Assembly: GCA_964431965.1 (NCBI GenBank) | Contig: CAYSLU010000014.1 | Span: 3,700 to 67,699 of the forward strand | Source of the DNA: an uncultured Verrucomicrobiota bacterium | GTDB lineage: Bacteria > Verrucomicrobiota > Kiritimatiellia > CAIKKV01 > CAYSLU01 | Length of the DNA stretch: 64,000 nucleotides | Reading direction: 5' to 3' | Shown: positions 1 to 9,881 of the stretch, in pieces | Layout of the letters: each line of letters begins with the position of its first letter | Position numbering within the stretch: position 1 is the first letter of the stretch | Position numbers and translations under genes: made by a program | Notes under the pieces: generated by a model | Seen by the model: the letters and a program-made list of their open reading frames with translations, nothing else | Told to the model about the DNA's origin: nothing | Databases searched by the model: none

Positions 1-1
1 C

Positions 2-3000
2 CTCACGAAGTCGGGAAACCTGAAGCCCGAGCAAGTCGCCGGCATCATGCTGACCAAGGGCGACGTGTTCCGCGATCAGGAGAACTACGCGGCAGCACGG
101 ATGGAGTATCAGGGCTTGGATCGGAACAAGACCTACCGCGACACCGAGTCCGGCAAGCGAGCCCGCTTCCGCCTCGTGGATATTTTCCGCATCACCAAGG
201 ACTACGAGTCGGCCGACGGCATGCTCGAGCGGCTCAAGGATTCGCCTGACTCCACCATCCAGGCCGAGGCGTATTACTATAGCGCCCGCATCGCCTTCGA
301 CCGCGAGGCGTACGACGAGGCGCGCTCCTTCATCGATGAGGTGAAGAAGCGTTCGCCCGAGCACTTCGAGACCCTGTTCCTCGAGGCCGAGCTGAACTTG
401 AAGCAGGACCGGCTCCAGGACCCCGAGCTCGAAATGGGCTCTCGCGTCCTGACCACCTACGTCGTTCCGGGACGACCCATCACGATGAAGATGCAGGACC
501 GCAACCTTGCGGTCGTGCGCGGCGGCGGCGGCATCCCGGTGCAACTGCGCACCGTCAAGGGGCATGACGAGGAAGTCGTCACGCTGTCGCCTTCGCCGCG
601 CGATCCGACCCTGTTTCGCGGCAGCGTCAGCACCCGCCTCGGCGAGCCGGCTACCAACAACATGTATATCGAGGTCACCGGTGACGACATTGTCAGCTAC
701 AACCTTCTCCCCAGCTTTCAGAAGTTGAATGACCTGAAGTATGAAGACAAGAAGATGGTGGTTGTGGCTGACGGACAGATCACGGCCTCGTCCGCGGACT
801 TCGTGACCGAGGAGGAACGGGAGCGGCAGATGGTTCAGGCGCAGCAGGCGGGGCTGCCGGCTGCGGGGCCGTCCGGTCCTGCCTACAGTCGGGAGTCCGC
901 GCGCAACACGTCGGTCGTCCGGCCGGGCAACGAGATCTATGTGCAAGTGATCGACGCCGACCGTGATGTCAGCGGGCAGAGCGACCATGTCTTTGTCGAT
1001 GTGGAGACGTCGTCCCGAGATACGGTCGGCGCGGTTCAGTTGGTCGAGACCAACACCCACAGCGGCGTGTTTCGGGGAAAGTTGCCGACGGCCGTGGCGC
1101 CACCGAAGGCGAATGCGTCTGACTCAGCTCCGGGGCTGGACCCGGCGTCAGCCATCCGGACCGGCGACTCCGGCGGCTGGACGAGCGGCGCAGACGTCAA
1201 GGGTCCGAAGTGGTTCGAGATCGACCTGATGACGGTCTATCCCCTGGCTGAGGCGGCTCTCGATCTGGGCGACGCGCGTGCATTCAAGTCCGTGATGCTG
1301 CTTGGCGGATCTGACAGCCTGACGCTGCGCCCCGTGTCTGATCAGAATGCCGCACCGGAGACGATGTATGGCTACATCGACATCGGGCGGCATTTCGGCA
1401 AGACCCAGCAGACCGCCGCGTACCTCTATACGGAGGTTGTCAGCGCCGGCGATCAGGACGTCGTGCTCAAGCTTGGCAGCGCGGGCGGACTGGCCTGCTG
1501 GCTGAACGGCGCGAAGATCCACCGCGTGGCCGATGCCCGCCTCTGGAAGCCGGAGCAGGATGCCGTCAACGCGAAGCTGAAGTCAGGCGTGAATGCGATC
1601 CTGCTGAAGGTCTCTCAACTCACCGGGCCGTGGGGCGCCAGCCTCACCATCGTCGATGCGGCGGGTCAGCCCCTGCCGTCGATGCGCGTGTGCCCGCCGT
1701 CGAAGCCGGGTGTCGTGCTGCAGTGGCATCTGTTCAACCGCCTGACGCCCGAGGACATACAGGTCTCCGAGCGCATCAACGTGCAGAATCCTGTCCGAGT
1801 GGGAGACGAGCAGTTTCGGTGGATTCCGACGAATCTGACGCCGGTGGCCTCGCTCTCCGTCGAAAGCAACCGCGTGCGCAGCGTGTTCCACCAGGGGACC
1901 GGGTTTCGCCGGTTGCGCTGGGTTTTTGACGGCGTGCCGCCGGCTGGATCCGTGACGGTCCGCAAAGCCACGGTGACGAGCAAGTTCGGCGAAGCGGTTG
2001 TTCCGACGACTCGCGATTTCTCAGCCGGCGCCACCAACAGATCCCTCGAACTCGGGCCGGGAGACCGCATCCTCGTGAAGTATTCGGACGAGCGGAACAC
2101 GCGCGGCGCGCCTCGCGTGCTTACCGCCACGATGATGTCCGGGTTTCATGACGCAAAGGTGTCTCTGGAGTACGAGACCATCGGGATGGACTCAGACGGC
2201 AAGCGCGCGATCATCTATGATGCCGCGCTCCGCTATCGGCCGGGCACGACGGAGAGCCTCGTCGCTCGGGTGGTGGATTACGACGAGGACACGACAGAAG
2301 CCCGCGACAAGGTTCGGATCCTGGTTCAGACGACCGCCGGCCGACAGCTTTGGCTCGATACGATCGAAACGGGAGAGCACTCAGGGGAGTTCATCGGGAT
2401 TCTGAAGCTTGGGACGACGAACGCGGTCGATACGGTCCAAGTCGGCTCGGACGACACCATCACCGTCAGCTACCAGGACCGGGAGAACAGCGACGGCCGG
2501 GTTGAGAAGAGCGCCGTGGTGCAACCGGCTCCCGAAACGCCCCCGGAGCTGATCCTGCTTCAGAATGTGGTCCTGCAGGACGAGCTCAACACGAATAACT
2601 CGGGTCCGATCGTCAAGACGCGGCTGCCGCCGCGCGGCGACGGCACGAACGGAGAGCAGGCCGTGGTGACCAGTCTCGATACGGCCCTGGTGTTCAAGGT
2701 GATCTATCCGGCCGCGGCGCTCAGCGAGAACGCCACATTCCCGGCGCGCCTGGTGACCGAGCGCGAGGCGTCCGCGGCAAAGGCCGAGGGGCGGGAACCG
2801 GTCGCGATGGTCGTTGCCATGCGCCTCGCCAACTCGGCGGATGCCGAGTTCCGCGCGGAGGTGCCGATGCGGACGGGGAATCCGTCCGACTATGCCGACG
2901 AGGCAGCTGATGACGCGGAGTCGGCCAAGCCATCCAAAGGCAGGGACGTGGAGCTGCGCGTCGCCTGGCTCTACGTCCGGGGCGACGACATCGTTCGGGT

Positions 3001-4315
3001 TTCGGTACAGGCCGCCGGCTCGGACACGGTTCGTGAGGGACTCTACCGCCTGGCGAGCGATGCCGTTGCGAGCTTTGCCGATCGCAAGTATGTGAAGCCG
3101 CTGTCCGAGGTGTATGTCGGCGACTACCTGTACCTTCGCGTGTCGGACCGGGATCGCGACGTGTCGGACGGCCTGGACGAAATCCGGGTGTCGATCGCCA
3201 GCGCGGCCGGACGGGTTGAGCCGGCCATGGTGGAAACGCTGCCGCACTCCGGTCTATTCACGTGCCGCGTGAAGACGGAACTTGCGGTCGGCGGGGGAGT
3301 CGCTTCCGGGGCGGAGACCGGCCATGTTCTGCGCGTGAAGCATGGCGAGCGGGTGCGGGCGGAGTACGCGGATGCGACGTCCGTCCTATCCTCGAAGCCG
3401 CGTACGGTGACGGCTACGGCCGGCGTGTATCCCGGAGCGGATGGCGCGCTTGCGACGTTCACCAAACTATTCGCCGACGAGGAGATCGCGGTCCGGACCC
3501 GGCTCCTGATGGCGGAGGCCCTGTTCGAGCTCGCCAAGAGTCACCGCGAGACGAACCAGAAGGAGATGGCGGAAAAGGAGATCGCGGAGGGCAAGGCCAT
3601 CCTGGAGGAGGCGATCCTGGACTATCCGAACACGACTCATGCGCCGCACGCCGAGTTCCTGCTCGCCAACCTGGCGCACGAGCTTGAGCACTACGAGGAA
3701 GCGCTGGGCCGCTACAACAAGGTGCTGTCGAACTGGCCCAACTCCGAGTTCGCCGCGCGCGCCCAGCTGCGCAAGGGCATCTGCCTGGAGAAGATGAACG
3801 ACAACGAGAACGCGCTCGATGCGTACGTCGAGCTGACCTACTCGTATCCGAGCAGCCCGCTGGTATCCGACGCGGTCATCCGGCTGGGGCAGTACTTCTA
3901 CCGGACCAAGAAGTACGACGTGGCGGGCCGGATCTTCGCGAACTTCCAGGCCCGCAACCCCGAGCATCAGCTGGCCGCCAAGTCGCTCTTCCTCGCCGGG
4001 CAGAGCTACCTGAAGGGCGCTGAGGAGCGCAAGCAGGAGCAGGCCGGGCGGTATGACGCAAAGGCGAACGAGTGGCTGAACGAGGCGATTCTGCGCTTCG
4101 ACAAGCTGATCGGCGCCTACGACGACAAGGACCTGCGGCCCGAAGCCATGTACTGGCTGGCGGACAGCTACATGAAGGTCAAGGACATGAAGAAGGCGTA
4201 CCAGAGCCTGAAGAAGCTCACGTGGGACTATCCGGAGTCGAAGTGGGCCAAGTTCGCCCGCGGGCAGCTGGTGCAGAACGCGCGTGCCTTCGAGGTGTTC
4301 GAGAAAGAAGAGTAG
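2..4315 (+). CDS. Very large TPR-repeat envelope protein, 5' end truncated by the window edge
   Basis: The reading frame is open from position 2, with no stop upstream of the ATG at 47, and covers more than 1430 codons. The C-terminal ~330 aa are tandem TPR/YbgF-like helical repeats (e.g. HAEFLLANLAHELEHYEEALGRYNKVLSNWPNSEFAARAQLRKGICLEKMNDNENALDAYVELTYSYPSS). The centre holds four repeated beta-sandwich-like modules and a jelly-roll-like segment. Confidence 0.8.
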   Translation, partial: LTKSGNLKPEQVAGIMLTKGDVFRDQENYAAARMEYQGLDRNKTYRDTESGKRARFRLVDIFRITKDYESADGMLERLKDSPDSTIQAEAYYYSARIAFDREAYDEARSFIDEVKKRSPEHFETLFLEAELNLKQDRLQDPELEMGSRVLTTYVVPGRPITMKMQDRNLAVVRGGGGIPVQLRTVKGHDEEVVTLSPSPRDPTLFRGSVSTRLGEPATNNMYIEVTGDDIVSYNLLPSFQKLNDLKYEDKKMVVVADGQITASSADFVTEEERERQMVQAQQAGLPAAGPSGPAYSRESARNTSVVRPGNEIYVQVIDADRDVSGQSDHVFVDVETSSRDTVGAVQLVETNTHSGVFRGKLPTAVAPPKANASDSAPGLDPASAIRTGDSGGWTSGADVKGPKWFEIDLMTVYPLAEAALDLGDARAFKSVMLLGGSDSLTLRPVSDQNAAPETMYGYIDIGRHFGKTQQTAAYLYTEVVSAGDQDVVLKLGSAGGLACWLNGAKIHRVADARLWKPEQDAVNAKLKSGVNAILLKVSQLTGPWGASLTIVDAAGQPLPSMRVCPPSKPGVVLQWHLFNRLTPEDIQVSERINVQNPVRVGDEQFRWIPTNLTPVASLSVESNRVRSVFHQGTGFRRLRWVFDGVPPAGSVTVRKATVTSKFGEAVVPTTRDFSAGATNRSLELGPGDRILVKYSDERNTRGAPRVLTATMMSGFHDAKVSLEYETIGMDSDGKRAIIYDAALRYRPGTTESLVARVVDYDEDTTEARDKVRILVQTTAGRQLWLDTIETGEHSGEFIGILKLGTTNAVDTVQVGSDDTITVSYQDRENSDGRVEKSAVVQPAPETPPELILLQNVVLQDELNTNNSGPIVKTRLPPRGDGTNGEQAVVTSLDTALVFKVIYPAAALSENATFPARLVTEREASAAKAEGREPVAMVVAMRLANSADAEFRAEVPMRTGNPSDYADEAADDAESAKPSKGRDVELRVAWLYVRGDDIVRVSVQAAGSDTVREGLYRLASDAVASFADRKYVKPLSEVYVGDYLYLRVSDRDRDVSDGLDEIRVSIASAAGRVEPAMVETLPHSGLFTCRVKTELAVGGGVASGAETGHVLRVKHGERVRAEYADATSVLSSKPRTVTATAGVYPGADGALATFTKLFADEEIAVRTRLLMAEALFELAKSHRETNQKEMAEKEIAEGKAILEEAILDYPNTTHAPHAEFLLANLAHELEHYEEALGRYNKVLSNWPNSEFAARAQLRKGICLEKMNDNENALDAYVELTYSYPSSPLVSDAVIRLGQYFYRTKKYDVAGRIFANFQARNPEHQLAAKSLFLAGQSYLKGAEERKQEQAGRYDAKANEWLNEAILRFDKLIGAYDDKDLRPEAMYWLADSYMKVKDMKKAYQSLKKLTWDYPESKWAKFARGQLVQNARAFEVFEKEE

Positions 4316-4342
4316 CACGGGGTGCGGCGGAGGCGGGACGAC

Positions 4343-6160
4343 ATGATGCGAACGCTCAAGCGATGGGGGCGGCCAGCCGTGCTGGCGACGGCCCTGGCCG
4401 TGGCGGTCGGGCTGCCCGATGCCCGGGCGGCTGGCGGCGCCATCGGCGATGCGTGGGACTGGCCGCTGCCGCCCCGGCGGTTCGGCAAGCTCTCCCAGGC
4501 GGATCGCCTGCAGTACGGCCGGGCCGAGGACCTCGTCCGGCAGAAGAACTACGAGGCGGCAGCCATCGAGTTCGAGAAGTACATGACGCAGCAGCCGCAG
4601 TCCCCGGTCTACTCCCACTGCCAGCTCATGCGGGCGTATAGCTTGCACATGGCCCGGCAGCGCAACACGGCGATCGGCATCTATCAGGAGCTGCTGGACT
4701 TTCACAGTGAGTTCATCGATGACGCCGTCCCGGCCATGTACCTTATGGCGGCCGCTCAGTTCGAGAATGGCAACGTGGAGTCGGGCGTCAAGACGCTGCG
4801 CGAACTGGTCGCGAACGAGAAGTACCTGGTCCATCCGGTGGCCGACGTGGCGTTGAATCGTCTGGCCGACTACTCGCTGGGCGCGAACGACGAGAAGGGC
4901 GCCGAGGCGAGTTGGCTGAAGGTCATCCAGAACTACACCGCCGCCTTCATGCGTCCGGATGGGGCGGTCAAGGAGGCCCGGTCCAAGCTCACCGATCTCT
5001 ACATCCGGCGGCAGCGGTACGCGGCGATTGACGACCTCCTGAAGACCGAAGAGGCGGACCCCGTGAAGCGGGTCGAGAAGCTGGTATACGTCTATGACCG
5101 CGGGCTGTCGCAGGCGGACGCCCTGGATGCAGACGGGAAGGATGCCCTGCTCAAGTGGTTCGCCGGCCGTCGGCCGGTCTTTGCGGAGGCCGACCGGACC
5201 GAGGATTTCATGAACCGCCGCCTCCAGCTGGCGTTCCGGGTAGGCGCGAAGGATCCCTGGAGAGATTTCGTCAAGGAGGCGATCCAAGGGGCGCGCGTCG
5301 CCGCGCCGGAGAAGCGCCCCTCCGTGTACTACTGGCTGGCGGATCGGCTCACCGAAGCGGGAAACGCGGGGTGGACGGTGGCGGATTCGTGGAAGGCATT
5401 TACTACGGCTGTCTTGGAGGACACCAAGGCTTTGCCCAACGATCAGCAGATCCCGATCTACACGGGCGTCATGGACCGGATCCGGGTCAAGGTGGATCCC
5501 GTGTCCCCCGCGGGCGAGCTGTGGGCTTCGCTGTCGGCCCGGCTGCTGTCCCTGTACAAGCTGCTGCTGGACAAGGATCGCGACCTGGCGATGTCGTCGC
5601 TCGTGGACCGCCTGCGCCGCCCGGAGGCGATCCAGCGCGCCTACGATGTGGCCGCCCTGATTGAGGACGTTCCGCTGGCCAAGTGGAAGACGATCGAACT
5701 GCTGGGCTTCGAGCAGAAGTTCTCCGCGCAGGCGGCGGCGTGCGAAGAGCTGGAGACGATGGACAACGCGGACTTGTCCATGCGGGCTCTCCGCACGCGT
5801 GCCGCCCTCTACCGGGATCGTCTGGCCCGCTACGAGGATGCGATACGCCTGTTCAATCAGATCAACGACCCTCCGGGCACCTCGTGGTCGATCGTGGACT
5901 GCTACGAGCGCTGGGGCAAGCCGCTCGAGGCGGTGAGCATGTGCTCCGAGATTGAGAACTTCTTTGAGCGCGACGCTCCGGTGGCGGGTTTGCGTAAGGC
6001 GCAGATTTGGGAGCGCGCGGGCGACCGCAAGAAGGCCGTCGGCGAGTGCCGGGCGACGATCAAGAAGTACCCGCGCCACCAGGTGTCATCGCAAGCGCAC
6101 CAGATGCTGGAGCGTTACGGCGTGAAGACCGGCGGCGGCGTGTCGGAAGGCGAAGACTGA
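4343..6160 (+). CDS. Secreted TPR-like helical-repeat protein
   Basis: ATG at 4343 lies about 8 nt after a GGAGG; the track ORF starts at a GTG at 4322. There is an N-terminal signal-like segment (MMRTLKRWGRPAVLATALAVAVGLPDARAAGG). TPR-like repeats run throughout (YEAAAIEFEKYMTQQPQSP, YEDAIRLFNQINDPPG, GDRKKAVGECRATIKKYPRHQVSSQAHQMLERYG). Confidence 0.75.
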   Translation: MMRTLKRWGRPAVLATALAVAVGLPDARAAGGAIGDAWDWPLPPRRFGKLSQADRLQYGRAEDLVRQKNYEAAAIEFEKYMTQQPQSPVYSHCQLMRAYSLHMARQRNTAIGIYQELLDFHSEFIDDAVPAMYLMAAAQFENGNVESGVKTLRELVANEKYLVHPVADVALNRLADYSLGANDEKGAEASWLKVIQNYTAAFMRPDGAVKEARSKLTDLYIRRQRYAAIDDLLKTEEADPVKRVEKLVYVYDRGLSQADALDADGKDALLKWFAGRRPVFAEADRTEDFMNRRLQLAFRVGAKDPWRDFVKEAIQGARVAAPEKRPSVYYWLADRLTEAGNAGWTVADSWKAFTTAVLEDTKALPNDQQIPIYTGVMDRIRVKVDPVSPAGELWASLSARLLSLYKLLLDKDRDLAMSSLVDRLRRPEAIQRAYDVAALIEDVPLAKWKTIELLGFEQKFSAQAAACEELETMDNADLSMRALRTRAALYRDRLARYEDAIRLFNQINDPPGTSWSIVDCYERWGKPLEAVSMCSEIENFFERDAPVAGLRKAQIWERAGDRKKAVGECRATIKKYPRHQVSSQAHQMLERYGVKTGGGVSEGED

Positions 6161-6172
6161 GAGGACGGACGT

Positions 6173-8383
6173 ATGCGTAGACAAGGCATGTTGCAGATCG
6201 CGCTGATCGCGGGCGCACTGACGTGGGCTGGCGGGTGGGCCGGGGCGGTCCGCGCCGCGCCGGCGGCCGTGGCGCCGGCGGCCGACGAGAACCAGGCCGA
6301 CAGTCAGGCGGACAAGCTCCTGCAGCGGGGCATCGCCCTCGTCGAGGACCGTCAGGAGGACCGGGGCATCAAGCTGATTGCGTCCATCCCCCTGAACTTT
6401 CCGAAGTCAGATGTCCGCTTCAAGGCCGCTCTGTACATGGGCAAGTACTACTCGGGTAAGGGCGAGTTCCAGGTGGCCCTCAAGAATCTGGCTCCCGTGG
6501 CCGAGGCCGATGGGGCCGATCCGGAGGAGCGGGCGGAGTCGCTGTACCGGATGGGCGTCTGCCACTTCGGGCTGGCGGACTACAACCGCGCGCTGGCGAT
6601 GGAGCGCCGGGTGACCGAGGAGTTTCCGTGGAGCGTGTTCGCGAATGAGGCCTACTACTACATTGGGCTGGCCCACTTCAAGCTGAGCCACTGGCGCGCC
6701 GCCGTCGAGGCCCTGAAGCTGGTGGGCACCAGCGTGCCGCCGAACGCCAAGGCGCAGAACTTCGTCGAGTCCGGCCAGCGCTTTTTTGTGAAGGTGCAGG
6801 ATAAGGACCTGCGCGTCCTCGAGACCGTGGGCGGCTCGCTGTCGGTCGCGGTTCGGACCGAGTCCGGCGACACCGAGACGGTTCCCACCGCCATTTTCGA
6901 CCGCGACGGCGAGACGTACGTGGGCTCCATCAAGACGGAGCTCGGCAAGGCCGTGCCGGGCGACGGGAGGATCCAGCTCAAGGGCGGCGACGTGATTCGG
7001 GTCGACTATGCGGACGCGAACACGCAGGAGGGGGCGGCGCAGGTTCAGCGGCTCGCCGTGTCCCGGGTGGTTTCCACGGCTGTCGCCGGGTTCATGGACG
7101 GCGCGTACCGCGAGTACGTGAGCGGCGTCATTGCCGGCCAGAACAGCTTCCTCCGCGTGAAGGACTTCGACGCCGATGTGTCCGACGCCAGGGACAAGGT
7201 GAAGGTGCGCGTCTACTCCCAGTACCGCGTGCAGAAGGAAGCGGCGGATGCCGCCGCCGCATCGGTGGCGGTTGAGGACGAGCCCGAGTTCGCCATTCGC
7301 GATTCCGTCGAGCTTAGCCTGGAGGAGACCGAGCCCCATTCCGGCTACTTCACCAGCATGATGGTCGTGCAGGAGGCGAAGGAGGCGCCGGCCGTCAACC
7401 CGGCCGACGCCCAGCTGGCGGCGTTTGACAAGGACACCGTTCACATCGAGTACATAGACAAGGAGCACAAGGGCGGCCTGACGGATCCCCGGACCGTGAC
7501 GGCCCGGGCGGAGTTCCTGACCGGCCAGATCCAGGACGTGTGGATCGCGCACCGCGAGGTGAGCACCGAGGACCTGCGGGCGCGCAAGAACCTGATCGAG
7601 GCCCGCTTCTATCTGCGGCTGGCGCAGATCTTCCGCGACGTCGGGCTGCTGGCCCGCGCGTCGGAGAAGGCGGACATCGGCCTGGACAAGATCGACGACA
7701 TTCTGCGCCGGTCCTTGCAGGCGAGCATCGGACAGGACGTGGTCGAGCAGTCCTACGAGATCCGCTGGGAGCTTCAGCTCGCGAAAGGCGACCTCGACAA
7801 GGCGGTGGCCACCTGCCGCACGCTGGTGGCGCTGTACCCGGCATCCAGTCTGGCCGACCTCGCGCTCCTGCAGATCGCGCGGGCGAACGTCGATGCGAAG
7901 AAGCCTCAGGAGGCGATGCGCGTGCTGCAGGGAATCCTGAGCATGAAGGGCAGCGGCGAGCTCAAGGCCGAGGCGCAGTTCCTGATCGGCACGATCCTCG
8001 AGGAGAATGCGGCGCGGCGGCCCACCCGCGAGGACAAGCTTCGCGCCATGGGGCAGGCGATCGAGTCGTTCAAGGCGTGTGCGGACAAGTACCCCAATTC
8101 ACCGTTTGCCGGTCAGTCGCTCGGCAAGATTGTCGACTTCTACATCGAGCAGAAGGACTACGATCGCAGCCAGGAGCTGATCCAGACCGTATTCCAGGAC
8201 TTCCCGGATGCGTCGTTCCTCGACGAAATGCTTCTGAAGTGGGGCGTGGTCTTCGCGCAGCAGCGGCGCTACGACGAGGCCAAGGGCAAGCTGCAGCAGC
8301 TCGTGAACGAGTACCCGAACAGCCCCGCGGCGGGCCGGGCGCAGAAGCTGCTGGAGGCGATCAACAAGAAGACCGAAGGCTGA
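6173..8383 (+). CDS. Secreted TPR protein with two central beta-sandwich modules
   Basis: Signal peptide (MLQIALIAGALTWAGGWAGAVRAAPA). N- and C-terminal TPR blocks are present (YNRALAMERRVTEEFPWSVFANEAYYYIGLAHF; RYDEAKGKLQQLVNEYPNSPAAGRAQKLLEAI). The central modules share the D-x-D...E-T-x-x-H-S-G-x-F pattern seen in the first TPR protein. Confidence 0.8.
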   Translation: MRRQGMLQIALIAGALTWAGGWAGAVRAAPAAVAPAADENQADSQADKLLQRGIALVEDRQEDRGIKLIASIPLNFPKSDVRFKAALYMGKYYSGKGEFQVALKNLAPVAEADGADPEERAESLYRMGVCHFGLADYNRALAMERRVTEEFPWSVFANEAYYYIGLAHFKLSHWRAAVEALKLVGTSVPPNAKAQNFVESGQRFFVKVQDKDLRVLETVGGSLSVAVRTESGDTETVPTAIFDRDGETYVGSIKTELGKAVPGDGRIQLKGGDVIRVDYADANTQEGAAQVQRLAVSRVVSTAVAGFMDGAYREYVSGVIAGQNSFLRVKDFDADVSDARDKVKVRVYSQYRVQKEAADAAAASVAVEDEPEFAIRDSVELSLEETEPHSGYFTSMMVVQEAKEAPAVNPADAQLAAFDKDTVHIEYIDKEHKGGLTDPRTVTARAEFLTGQIQDVWIAHREVSTEDLRARKNLIEARFYLRLAQIFRDVGLLARASEKADIGLDKIDDILRRSLQASIGQDVVEQSYEIRWELQLAKGDLDKAVATCRTLVALYPASSLADLALLQIARANVDAKKPQEAMRVLQGILSMKGSGELKAEAQFLIGTILEENAARRPTREDKLRAMGQAIESFKACADKYPNSPFAGQSLGKIVDFYIEQKDYDRSQELIQTVFQDFPDASFLDEMLLKWGVVFAQQRRYDEAKGKLQQLVNEYPNSPAAGRAQKLLEAINKKTEG

Positions 8384-8402
8384 TCGGAAAGGAATCCGTT
8401 CC

Positions 8403-9059
8403 ATGCTGCGATACCTGTTGGATGGCGGAATGTGCATGTGGCCCCTGCTGGGGCTGTCGATTGTCGGGCTTGCCGTCGTGTTCGACCGCTGGCGCGTGTT
8501 CAATCTCGCCAGCGTCGATACCTCCGTGATGCGGCGGCTCATTCTGCACCTCGTGGCGGCGGGCAAGGTGGACGACGCGGTGCGGCTGTGCGAGGAAACA
8601 AAGGGGCCGGTCGCCGCCATCCTGCTTGTCGGCCTGGATCGCTACCGGAAACTGCTCCGGCTCCGGCGCAGCAAGGACGAGATCGAGCTGAGCGTGACCC
8701 GCAGCATGCAGGACTACGCACCCCACGTGATCGGGGCGCTTGAGAAGCGAGTCGGCCTCCTGCTCATGGTGGGCAGCGTGTCGCCGCTCGTCGGCATGCT
8801 CGGGACCGTGACCGGCATGATCAAGGCCTTTGCGGCCATGGCCTCCGCCGGCGCCCTCCAGGGCAGCGTCGTCGCCGGCGGCATCGCGGAAGCGCTGATC
8901 ACGACGGCTGCCGGACTGATCATCGCGGTGCCGGCGGTCATCTTCTACAACGTGTTCATCACGAAGCTGGATCAGTACACCGCCAAGATCGAGGAGTCGG
9001 TGACCGAGTTTGTGGACTTTATCCACCTCGAGGCACCGAAGCCCGAGTCCGCCGGATGA
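8403..9059 (+). CDS. exbB: MotA/TolQ/ExbB-family proton channel
   Basis: Three TM segments plus the family signature PLVGMLGTVTGMIKAF...GGIAEALITTAAGLIIAVPAVIFYNVF. Confidence 0.9.
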   Translation: MLRYLLDGGMCMWPLLGLSIVGLAVVFDRWRVFNLASVDTSVMRRLILHLVAAGKVDDAVRLCEETKGPVAAILLVGLDRYRKLLRLRRSKDEIELSVTRSMQDYAPHVIGALEKRVGLLLMVGSVSPLVGMLGTVTGMIKAFAAMASAGALQGSVVAGGIAEALITTAAGLIIAVPAVIFYNVFITKLDQYTAKIEESVTEFVDFIHLEAPKPESAG

Positions 9060-9478
9060 AGCTCGCCCGCAAACCGAGGAAGATCGGCGACATCGACGTC
9101 ACGTCGTTCTCCGACCTCGCCTTTCTCCTGATCATCTTCTTCGTTCTCACGACGACGTTTTCGCGCCCGATGGGCGTCGGAATCACGATTCCATCCCGGA
9201 CGTCCGATCCGGAGAAGAAGTCGTCCGAGGAGGTTCCCACGATCAACGTGTCGAAAGACGTGGTCCTGCTCAACAAGGACGAGGTCACGATGGTGGAGCT
9301 TCGTCGGAAGCTGGTGGATCTGAAGCTTCCGGAGCGCGTCGAGGCCCAGCGGATCGTGATCCTCGAGAGCGCGGCAGACGTCCCCTATCAGCGGTACTTC
9401 GAGATCGTCACGGCCGTGGCGCATGCGGGCGGCATTCTGGCCTTGGTCGAGACGGTCGAGGAGGGGAAGAGCCCGTGA
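9056..9478 (+). CDS. exbD: ExbD/TolR-family biopolymer transport protein (paralog 1)
   Basis: ATGA overlap with the exbB stop. N-terminal anchor motif IDVTSFSDLAFLLIIFFVLTTTF, followed by a ~90-aa periplasmic domain. Confidence 0.9.
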   Translation: MKLARKPRKIGDIDVTSFSDLAFLLIIFFVLTTTFSRPMGVGITIPSRTSDPEKKSSEEVPTINVSKDVVLLNKDEVTMVELRRKLVDLKLPERVEAQRIVILESAADVPYQRYFEIVTAVAHAGGILALVETVEEGKSP

Positions 9479-9879
9479 AGATCAAGCGGAAGCTGCGGCG
9501 CGCCGCGTTCATCCCCACGGCTTCGTTTGGGGACATCGCGTTCCTGCTGAACATCTTCTTCATGGTCGGCGCAGTCTTCCTGCGCGAGGCGCACATCAGC
9601 AACATCACGCCGCCGAAGTCGCAGGACGTGAGCCGTGTCCGGGACGTCACGGTGAGCGTCGTCTACGACGGGAACGGCGATCTGTGGCTGCAGGGCTTGA
9701 AGTGCTCCCGCCAGGCGCTGGAGCCGGAAGTGACCGCGCTCCTCCAAGGACAGTCGGATAAGACGGTGTTCGTGAAGATCGACCGGGACCGCCCGCAGCA
9801 GGAGTTCGGCGACATCCTGCTGGCGCTGGGCGAGGCTGGCGCGGACGTCGTGCTCATCGGCGATAAGGAAGGAAAGTGA
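9475..9879 (+). CDS. exbD: ExbD/TolR-family biopolymer transport protein (paralog 2)
   Basis: GTG start at 9475 overlaps the preceding stop (GTGA). Motif IPTASFGDIAFLLNIFFMVGAVFL. The longer track ORF 9010-9879 has an implausible N-terminal extension. Confidence 0.8.
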   Translation: MKIKRKLRRAAFIPTASFGDIAFLLNIFFMVGAVFLREAHISNITPPKSQDVSRVRDVTVSVVYDGNGDLWLQGLKCSRQALEPEVTALLQGQSDKTVFVKIDRDRPQQEFGDILLALGEAGADVVLIGDKEGK

Positions 9880-9881
9880 CC

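Noticed and set aside
3467-6079. An 870-aa minus-strand ORF.
   Set aside because: It is antisense to two TPR genes and is a low-complexity, Arg/Leu/Gly-rich translation with no start context.
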